Below are positions 53,441-64,000 of a stretch of 64,000 nt of DNA, one piece after another. The stretch covers positions 1,054,001-1,118,000 of the forward strand of contig JBBPEB010000006.1 of assembly GCA_039096225.1 (NCBI GenBank), read 5' to 3'. The notes beneath the pieces were generated by a model. It was given only the letters and a program-made list of their open reading frames with translations. It made no database searches and was not told the DNA's origin. The stretch comes from Blastocystis sp. Blastoise (taxonomy: Eukaryota > Protista > Bigyra: Opalinata). The first letter of the stretch is position 1, and each line of letters starts with the position of its first letter. The translations under genes and the position numbers were made by a program.

Positions 53441-56400
53441 ATGAATGTTTTGCAAAATAATAATGTTAATCAACAATATATTGATTCTAATATTAATATA
53501 TCACTTTTTATCGATGACAATACCCGTATATACTATTCTATAATATTTCATATAAATAAATTATATAATATTTTTTTATAGAAATAAACAACAACAGTCA
53601 ACAAATAGAAGATATAACAATATATCCATTACCAAATATAATATGTTCATCAATACTAAGTATATAAAAATAAAATAATAGTAATAATTTCAATCAATCA
53701 TCAATATTTAACTATTTTTTTTGTATATAGGAAACTCTTATCAAATAATTGATGAAAATAATAATAAGTATGAATATTATGATTTGGGTAAAATGATATT
53801 TAAATGTCCATGTTGTAATGCTTTACATTTTGAACATGAACGAAACAAATTTATATGGACTATAAACTATGATACAACATTTTTTGAAGAACCATCAAAT
53901 TCATATAATGATACAATAAATAATACAATAATATATACAAAAAGAAGAAGACAATGGACACTTGACACAGAAGGAAATATTATATTAAAGAATAGTCAAT
54001 ATAGTGGTTGTTGTCGTAATGGAAAAGTTCATTTAGGTTCATTATCAGAACCAGATATATCGATTCAAAACTTATTGAATGATAATACAGATTCTTCAAA
54101 ACAATTTAAAAAAGATATTCGTAGATATAATAATTCAATAGCTTTTGCTTCTATGTCATGTACTGATACACAAACAAGATTAGATAATAATGGAATATAT
54201 TTCTATAAAGTACATGGAAATATATATCATTCTATGGCAGATTTATATCCTCCTGAAGGTATTACTCCTAATTATAATCAAATATATATTTATGATCAAG
54301 AAGAAGCTTTTCAACTTCGATCAAATAATCAATATTATGATAATTTGAATACAGAAATAATGAGAATATTACATAATTCATTATTAAATAATGAATTAAT
54401 GAATGCTTTTAAGACATTACATGAAGAAGTAACTACTGCTACAACTAATAATAATAATCTTCATATATCACAAGTAGATGTTTCATTAAAATTCAAAACA
54501 TTACATTCAGATGATCAAAGAAGATATAATACTCCTTCTGCTTCTCATGAAATAGCACTTATAGTTCCTATTAATTCTATGGAAACATTTCCTCATACTG
54601 AATTTAGATGTTATCCAAGAATTCATCTTAATAATAATAATACAAATCATAATATGAATGAAGAAATAAGACAACATTTTACAAGAATGAAATATGATAA
54701 TCCATTTTGTGATCCTATGGTTTATCCTATATTTTATCCAACAGGAATTCCATTATTTATTCTTGCATCTAAAAGTGAGTTAAGAAGAAATCCTAATTAT
54801 ATTCCAAGAAGAAATAATAATATAGAAATACATTCTCAAATCAATTCAAATACAATAGAAAATACTAATATTCAAGTAGAACAAATAGAAAGAGAATCTA
54901 ATAGAAATAGTAGATATAATAATAGAAATCAATTATTAGATAATGAAGAAGATGAAATAGATAATGAGGATAGAGAGTCTTCAAGACAAACTCATGATGA
55001 TTTTTCAAAATCAATTACTTTATTAGCTAATTATCAACAATTTAATAATGAAGGATATCCTATAGATTTAATAGGAAATCCTGTATATGAGAAATCATCT
55101 TTTACTTTAAAAGATTTTTATTCTTTTCTTTGTTTTCCAAGATCATTTCCTAATAAGAATTATTTCTTATCAGGAGGAAAATTATTCTTACAATATATTG
55201 TAGATGCTTATTCTAAAATAGAAGAACAACGATTATCATTTATAGAAATGAATCAATCAAAATTAAGAGCAGAATCTTATAATGTATTACGACAATATAA
55301 TCAAAGAAGAAGAGAACAAGTAATAGATGAAGAAGTAACAAATGGAATAGGAAAACCTATTATATTAAATAGTGGTTTTGTAGGAGGACCTAGATATATG
55401 AAAGGAGCTTATTTAGATGCAATGACAATAGTAAGATATTATGGTAAACCAGATTATTTTATTACTTTTACATGTAATCCAAAATGGAAAGAAATAGTAG
55501 ATAATTTATATCCTAATCAAGAAGCATGGGAAAGACCTGATTTGGTTTGTAGAGTATTTGCAATTAAATTGAAATATTTATATCATTTATTAAAAGATGA
55601 GAATGTATTTGGTAAAGCACAAGCTATTACTTATACTGTTGAATTTCAAAAGAGAGGATTACCTCATGCTCATATCTTATTGAATGTTGAACAACAAGAT
55701 AAAATACATGATACTAATGAACTTGATTCTATTATATGTGCTTATCTTCCTGATGAAGAAAAGAATCCTATATTATTTAAAATAGTAAGTACAATGAATA
55801 TACATGGTCCTCATGTATCTAATTCTCCATGTTTAGATTCTCATGGAATATGTAAGAAAGGATTTCCTAAACCATTTCAAGAATGTACTACAATTCCTAA
55901 TGATTCTTATCCTTTATATTTTAGACCAAATGATGGAAGAAAAGTAGTATTTCATCGTAATAATGGTGATTTAGAAGCTACTAATGAATATGTTGTTCCA
56001 TATAATCCATATTTATCACTCAAATTAGAAGCACATATTAATGTTGAAGCAGTTTATAGTTTACATACAGTAAAGTATCTATATAAATATACAACAAAAG
56101 GTCATGATTCAATGAGAGCAGAATTATCAGCTTCTTCAAATGAAACAAATAATAATGAAGTTAAACAATATTTAGATGCAAGATATATATCATCAACTGA
56201 AGCAGTTTGGAGAATATTAGGATTTCCTATAGTACAATCAAATATAGCTGTTCAAATATTATTGATTCATGATGAGAATGATAAGAATATAGTATATACA
56301 GATGGTTCAGAAGAACAAGCAGAAGAAATACAAGGAAATAAATTATCTATGTTAGAAGCATATTTCAAAGCAAATGATGATTTAAATAATCATTTATATG

Positions 56401-58601
56401 TTCCTACTTTAGAAGAACCAGATTTTATGACATATGATATGTTTCCTCAATATTATACATGGTGTAAAGGAGAACATATATGGAAACCAAGACAAAAGAA
56501 TTCGAAGACACTTGGAAGAATACCTTATATAAATCCAACTACTAAAGAAGCATTTTGTTTAAAATTATTATTAACTCATGTAAATAGACCAACAAGTTTT
56601 GAATCATTAAGAATGTATGATCGAGAATTACCTTATCCAACTTATGAAGGAGTATGTATAGCAAGAGGATTATTAGATGATACTAATGAATATAGACATA
56701 TATTAGATGAAGTAATGCATGATTGTCATCCTTCTCAATTACGATTAGTATTTGCTTTATTATTTGTATATTATAATATTACTGATAAAGCAATGGATTT
56801 ATGGAATGAATTTAAATATGAAATGATTTCTGATATATATTATCAATATACAATAGATCATTTTACTATAAATGAACGTATTAATCATTCTCTTTCAACT
56901 GATCCTGATATTATTGATCAAGATCCTATTGTAATCAATTATTGTTATCCAAGAGCTTTATATAATATCAAAACATTAATAGAATCAAATGGAGGTAAAT
57001 ATACTAATATGCCTACTATTCAATATACTTCACATTTTAATCCTAATAGTGGTGTTTCTACATTAGAATTTTATGATTTTGATGTTGCACATAGAGAAGC
57101 AGAAAGAAATTATCAAATGTTAAATAGAGAACAAAAAGAAATATTTGATAGAATTATGGTATCTGTTAATAATACTCAACCTCATAATAATAATATGTTC
57201 TTTATTGATGGTCCTGGTGGAACTGGAAAAACATTCTTATATAATACTTTGATCAAGATGATTCGTACAAGAGAAAAACCTGTATTAGCTGTTGCATTCA
57301 CAGGAATAGCAGCTACTTTATTATCAGGAGGAAGTACTTCTCATTCTGTATTTGGATTAACACTTGATCTAAATGAAATGTCTATTTCACATATAACAAG
57401 AAGTAGTGCAAAAGCAAATGATTTAAGAAAATGTGCTATTATTATTTGGGATGAAGCACCTATGGCTTCTATTTATGCTTTAGAAGTTCTTGATAATTTA
57501 TTACATGATTTATTTAGTTCAATAGATTCTGAAGATCCATGTCTTCAATATCCTTTTGTTGGTAAAACTATTGTTTTAGGTGGAGATTTTAGACAATGTT
57601 TACCAGTAGTTAAAAATGGAAATGAATCATCTACTGTTGGTGTATGTTTGAAAAGATTTAAATATTGGAATAATTTTATACAATGTCATTTAGTTCAGAA
57701 TATGAGAGCAGATAGAGATGCTTTAGATTTTAAAGAATGGTTAATGAAAGTAGGAAATGGTGAACGATTAAATAATGAATCTGATTTGAATGATAATATT
57801 GTAGAAATACCTTCACAATGTATAAGTACAGAAAATTTATATAAAGAGATATGGGAGAATATACTTCATAATAGAAATATTTTATCAGAACAACATAGAA
57901 AAGATTTATCTGAGAATTGTATTTTATGTTGTACGAATGAAGATACTTTTGATATAAATGAGAAAGTATTAGATTTAATACCTTCTTCAGAATCAGAAAA
58001 AATATATTATAGTTTTGATACTTTAGAAGATGAAATAGTTAATGATTCTGAAAGAGCTGCTTATTCTCCTGAATTTCTTAATACTCTTCTTCCTCAAGGA
58101 TTTCCTCCTCATAAATTAAGACTAAGAAAAGGCTGTATTATTATGTTATTGAGAAATCTTAATATAAAGAAAGGTTTATGTAATGGAACAAGATTAGTTG
58201 TTCTTGAAACATTAAATAATGTTATTCGTGCTCAATTATTAAATAAGCCAGATAATTTATTACCTGGTGAAGATATTGTATTTATTCCAAGAATCAGTTT
58301 AATTACTTCTGATGATTCACTTCCTACTAAGATGAGAAGAAAACAATTTCCTGTTCGATTAGCTTTTGCTATGACTATTAATAAATCACAAGGTCAAACA
58401 TTTAAAAATGTTGGATTATATTTAAAGAGACCTGTATTTAGTCATGGTCAATTATATGTTGCTTTCAGTAGAGTTCGTTCTTTTAATGGTTTACATATTT
58501 ATGCTGAAAATTGTAATAACAATAATCAAGGACATCTTAGTAAAAACTATCCTAATAAGGTATTTACGACTAATTGTATTTTTGATGGAGTTTTAAATTA
58601 G
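53441..58601 (+). CDS. Second, divergent Helitron RepHel transposase (family B), 3 predicted exons, ~1677 aa
   Basis: Exons 53441-53525, 53582-53659 and 53731-58601 with phase-1 GT-AG introns. Motifs: PDYFITFTCNP, EFQKRGLPHAH, KYLYKY, GPGGTGKT, WDEAPM, GDFRQ, AMTINKSQGQT, FSHGQLYVAFSR. Confidence 0.93.
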
Positions 58602-58806
58602 TTATCGTTTTATTTGTTTTATTTGTTTTATTCTATTCTGTGATTTCTTTTATATTTGTTATTGTCTGTTTATATATTTGTTTTTATTTATTATTTTTCT
58701 CTTTTCAATTTTTATTTGTTGTCTTAAAAGTTAAATATAGAATATTCTATTGTTTTGTTAAAACTTAAAAACCAAAAACTAAAAATAGATATTTTAAAAT
58801 AAAACT

Positions 58807-58844
58807 CAAGCGTAGGCCTGCGTAGGCAGGCCGTGAAACGCTTG
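58807..58844 (+). other. Family-B Helitron 3' terminal hairpin ending CTTG|T
   Basis: CAAGCGT-a-GGCCTGC-[GTAG]-GCAGGCC-gtgaa-ACGCTTG, about 200 bp after the RepHel2 stop and homologous to 20948-20984 (minus strand). Confidence 0.8.
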
Positions 58845-60369
58845 TTTTATATTAATAATAAGCCATTAATTATGTCACTATACTTATATCTAAGGTAGTT
58901 TATAATCTTATTTCGATCAAATATTTCACGTATACTATTTGATATTTTAAATATTATAAAAAATTAAACATTGTATTAATTATATTGTTATTACTAATAA
59001 TATTCTATCCAGAAAATATTTTGCTTTTTGCTTTTTCTATACATTTTAACCATAATATTTTATATACTTATTGTAATAATAGTAATAATAAGTGCTATTA
59101 AAATATAGGAATGGTAGTAATAGTGTTAAATATTTGTAGTATGTAATAGAACTACCAATAGTTACATAAACAACGATAATAGCATGAAAATAAAATTACT
59201 AAAAGTAGAAACAGTAGTCATAGTAGATAGGAGTATAATAGAAGTAATAGTATCATATAAATGAATCATATGAATAGTAATAATTTTTATTTTAGAAGAA
59301 TAATAGACAAATAATGAGCCAGTAAGAATAATAGCTTTGCAATAATTGTAATAGTGATATAATTAATGAAATACAAGCAGAAATAGTTATAACCCAACTA
59401 ATAACATAGTAAGAGATAAAAATAGTAGAAGCAGAAATAATTATTATCAATAATATTATAGGAATAATAATACAACAAATTTATATATAACAATATAGTA
59501 ATAATATACGAATTTTAAAAGTATTTTTTGGATAGTATAAAAAAATAATAACAGGATAGATTGAAATTTTATAAGAATATAATTACTAGTATAACGAAGA
59601 AGGTAGAATAGTAGTGTCAGTATATAACACAAACAATAAAAGTTTTAGTAGTAATATTAAAGGAACCATTATTATCATTATAGAAAAGTAACCATAATTT
59701 AAATATGCTTAGCTTTATAAGAACTCATAGTAGAAAGAATAACATTAAAAGAATAATAAAAGAATAGTATAATAATAGTATATAATAATAATAATAATAT
59801 TAATGTTAGTAGTATTAGAAGTAGAATAATAAGAAGGAATTATATTGTATATTGAAGAAAACACATTGTTCACGAATTATTTATAAGAGCAGATGAATGA
59901 AAGTATTTATATAGATATCGAAATATTTGTATGTATATTATCAAAGTAATTAATGATTAAATAATTATATTCATTCACATTTCCCTTTTCATGTTCATAA
60001 ACAAAAAAGTAATGCGTCATCACGGATATATTTATATTAATGAATTTCAAATCTTGTTGATCAATTTTCATTAGTATGGTTTTAAAGAAAGGACTTCTAT
60101 TGAATAAATTTATCAATATAGATTTGAACATCCAATAGTTGTGTTTTGATAATAAATATGTTTCTTAATAACATGATATATAGAATGAGATGAAGACAAA
60201 AATTAAAAAAACGATATAGAGTATTTTAAATTCTCATTGAATTCTTTACTGAATTATCTTGAATTTGGATCGTTATATCTCTAATATTATTCATATCTAC
60301 ATTTATATTTGTTTCTTCTTCATGATTATGATTTGATTTATAATTCTTTTTCATTTTGTATTTTATATT

Positions 60370-61577
60370 TATATTCTTTGATATAATGAGCATTCTTCTA
60401 TATATGTATTATTTAATATACATGTTCTTGGAGGTGGATTAATATAAGGTAATTGTTTTCGTTCTTCTTTTTCTATATCCATTTCAGATTCATGATCATT
60501 CTTTGTATCATTTAATGTACCTGATTAATCAATAAATTTATCATTAGGAATATGTTTAGAAGCATTAGTATTATTATTATTATTATTATTAGTAGTAGTA
60601 GATTTATCATTAGCATGATTATTTGATGAATTATTTCCACGGGAATTTGTTGATACTGTATCTGTTGGTGAGTTTTGATTATTATTATTTGAATTATTAT
60701 TATTATTATTATTCTTATAATTACCATTAGTATTATTATTATTAGTTTCATTTGATAAATCCATAGAATGATATTCTTCAAATAACCGTGAATTTTTATG
60801 AGTAGATCCTTCTAAATCTAATAATGTTTTACCATCTATTGAAGATAATGGTTTATTAATATGAATAGAACTATTCTTTATAGAATTATTTATAGTAGAA
60901 CTCTTTATACTATCTTCTTTAGATTTACTTATAGAAGAATAATCACTTTTAATACTTGATTTTTTTTTTAAAGATTCTTTAGAAATACTATTCCTTCTAT
61001 GTTTCACATAATCATCAGAACTATCATCATCATTATTACGACGTTTATTCTTTTTTAATTCATATTTATACCTTTACGTTTATATTTATCTAAATCATTT
61101 CCATCTATATTATAAGTAGGATCATAATTATGACGTGAAATAGAATGATAATTTTCTTTTTTATCATTTTTATCATTATCTATTTCAAATGTTTCATCAT
61201 TTTCATTTTCACTTTGATTATCACTATCATCATAATGATAGAATGAACCTCTTCCTCTTCCTCTTCCTCTTCCTCTTCCTCTTCCATGAGATCGTAATTT
61301 ACCACGTCCACGACCACGGCCACGAATAATAGGATTTGATACTCTATCGGTATCTGTTATTATACTTGTAGTATCATCATCATTATCATTATCTTCTTTT
61401 TCTTCTTCTTCTTCTTCTTCTCTTTCTTTTATTTCTTCTTCTTCTTCTTCTTCATCATCTTCTTCTTTTCTTTCTTCTCTTGTCTCTTTTTCTTTATGTT
61501 TTTCTATTTTTTCTTCTTTTTGTTCTTTTTCTTCTGGTATACTATCTTCTTTTCTTTCTTTTTCCTCTTCTTGTATA
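60370..61577 (-). pseudogene. Decayed host-like gene for an acidic, RG-repeat, Asn/Ser-rich protein, truncated by the Helitron at 61578
   Basis: ORFs 61055-61597 and 60525-61007 join through a frameshift near 61060. Coding-like sequence continues past an in-frame TAA at 60525 (SGTLNDTKNDHESEMDIEKEERKQLPYINPPPR). The first residues of the tracked ORF come from the Helitron end. Confidence 0.6.
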
Positions 61578-64000
61578 TCATTACTATTATAAAGCAAATA
61601 GGCAAAAAAATTCCCATTGGTCAGTTTTTGGAAAATGCATTTGATTGGCTAAGGTATACTATAGTTTGTCGCCGCAACTCCTCTAAACTTACGGGGAGTT
61701 AACTTTTGAGTGAAACACAGTTCAATAGGATATAACATGTAGTTGTGCACCATATATTTGGTTAAGCGATATAATTAATAATTAAAAAGATATTAATAAA
61801 AGAACAGAAAACATGATTTTTGAGTCGTTTTTGATTGGCTCTTTGGGATGACCCCGATAAAAATTGTTGACCAGACAATTGAAAAATAAACATGGGGTAA
61901 ACTTGATTTTTTCTCAATCCCACAATATACGTTATCCGTGTTTATTCTTTATATTTATCTATTTTTTAATACTTTTTCATATTGAACACGTGAGGCCTTA
62001 ACGGTCAAATTTAGATTGTCAATTTGACATGATATTTTGATTCAGGAGGTCAAAAAACCTAGGTGTACCAATTTTGAGCTCCTGAGGACGATTTTTGAGT
62101 GATCGATATTTTCTTCGATCTTCTTATTATCGACTAATATTGTATCATAGTAATCAATAGGTCCTCAAACTACTATAGTTAAAACAAAGTCTTAAAATAA
62201 CGAGTTTGAGTGTCACAATTTTGAAAAATGTGAATTAAGTGGTCTTAGAGTGAGAGATTCAATATAATGACTTTTGTTTAGTAAACTAGAGATAATACTC
62301 TATACTATGTCAAAAGGAGAGTCAAAATTATGATGGTCAAAGTGTATGACCAAATGACAAAATGTGTCTTAAAAAGTAAAAGAGTTTGAATATGTGTATA
62401 GAATCATGTATTAAGTATATTCTATGAATAAGAGCTTTAAATAAATAGTTTAAGGTTGTCAAATTTAAAAGAATGTATAAAACATAGTCTTAAACTATGA
62501 ATAAAAAATTTATAGATTTTAATTAGTGTACAGCTGTAGTAGCTCTACAACATATCAAAAGTTCAAAGAAAATAATTTTTAGAGAGTGGATGTGTGAGGT
62601 GTTGTGACTATTATTTAAAATTTATTTTTACTTCAGTTTATATAAAATCGTGAATTTCGTGCACTGTAGAAAAATTGAGTCAAAAAATCAACTCTAAGGG
62701 TCTTAAATTTAAAAAAATGTAAAAATGAGTGACTTAGAGGACGAGATTCAAAATAAGAGTGTTTATTCATTAAACTAGACTGTATGATCTATATTATGTT
62801 AAAAGAAGGGACGAAAATGTTTTGATCAAAGTGTATGACCAAATGGTAAAGTCTTCTTAAAAAGTCTAAAGTGATGACTAATTTGTTTATAGTGTCATAT
62901 AGAGTCTACTATGTAAATATTAGCTTTTAAAAATGTGTTTAAGTCTTTCAATTAGTAAAAATATGTTCAAAGAGAGTCATAAAATGAGAGTTTTAAGAAA
63001 CGAGATATTGTTCAGTATACACTAAGAGACACTCTACAACATATCAAAAATATAGCAAAAACTATTTTTAGAGAGTGGATGTGTAAAGGGTTGTGAGAGT
63101 TATTGAAAAAATATTTTTACTTCAGTTTGTGTAAAATCGTGTTTTTGGAACACTGTAGAAAAATTAACTTAAATAATCAACTCTAAGGGTCTTAATTTTA
63201 AAAAATGTGAAAATGATTGACTTAGAGGACGAGATTCAAAATTTCCCCTCACTTTCATATAACTAGAGCACACACTCTATATTATGTCAAAAGGAGGGAC
63301 GAAAATATTTTGGTCGAAGTAAATGAGCAAATGCAAAAGGTTTACGAAATGTCTTAAAGTGATGACCAATGTGTAGCTAACACTATACTGAGTATAGTAT
63401 GTAAATATTAGCTTATAAAAATGATTTCAAGTGTGTCAACTTTTCATAATGTGTCAAAAAAGGTCTTTAAGAAAGAGATTCAAAACATTTGCTTTTATTT
63501 AATAAATAGTGTGATAAACTCTATACTATATCAAAAGACTGAAGGAAATTATTTTGATACAGTGGATCTTGAATGGGTAAAGTCTCTTTAAAAGTTACTA
63601 TTTTGAGTTATTTGTGTTTAAAATCATAAGTTGAAATTAATATAAAAATATTAACTTTTTAAATAATGTTTTAGTTGTCAAAGTGAAAATGAATGTTGAC
63701 TTTGTTATACTTAAAACTTCAAAATTCTTTTAAAAAGTATGAAAATGAGTTAAAATTATTATATTATGCTTATTTAAATGAATTTTATGAATTAAAAATA
63801 CTTGAGAGTACTTCACATTGTGACTCATTTCTGAAGTTATTGACTTTAAAAATTCACAAAATGCTTTAAACAGTTGTTTAATCATTACTAAATACAAAAT
63901 ATATTTAAAAATAATTTTTTGTGATGAATATAACTCAAAATATTGTTTTTAATTAAAAGATAATTTTTATTTGTTTTCATTTCTTATTTAAAAAGTCTAA
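61578..64000 (+). mobile_element. Family-A Helitron copy (probably non-autonomous), running off the window
   Basis: A|TCATTACTATTATAAAGC start; collinear with 21047-23470. The window ends ~6 nt before the position where the cloverleaf is expected. Confidence 0.93.

Noticed and set aside
35621-60527. In-frame TAA codons (35621, 60525) suggesting stop-codon reassignment
   Set aside because: Both ~1600-codon RepHel exons lack internal TAA/TAG, use CAA for Gln, and end at TAA or TAG after the last helicase motif. The stops are better explained as pseudogene decay.

Overview
Very AT-rich eukaryotic DNA with short GT-AG introns and the standard genetic code. Most of the window is nested Helitron (rolling-circle transposon) sequence. 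It contains: (i) a complete autonomous family-A Helitron (778-12905, A|TC...CTAG|T) whose RepHel gene has 15 predicted exons joined only by phase-1 introns; (ii) four shorter family-A copies (21047-23749, 26627-29307, 30381-33572 on the minus strand, and 61578 to the window end); (iii) a divergent second RepHel (53441-58601) and a related non-autonomous copy (20948-~26543, minus strand), both apparently ending in non-canonical CTTG|T; (iv) a broken ~28-exon phase-1 micro-exon gene followed by a MuDR-like zinc-finger remnant; (v) multi-kb purine/pyrimidine-skewed low-complexity tracts; and (vi) a decayed host-like gene. The main unexplained signal is a 66-70 nt tRNA-like cloverleaf present seven times. 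It keeps the acceptor stem, T-arm, D-loop GG and T-loop TTCAA, has no conserved anticodon, and shows compensatory and G-U-compatible changes. It lies antisense within family-A Helitrons, is retained by the complete non-autonomous copies, and in several places follows a pyrimidine-rich, apparently spliced unit, an arrangement reminiscent of MALAT1/mascRNA. All structures and exon models were read by eye; no searches or folding programs were run.
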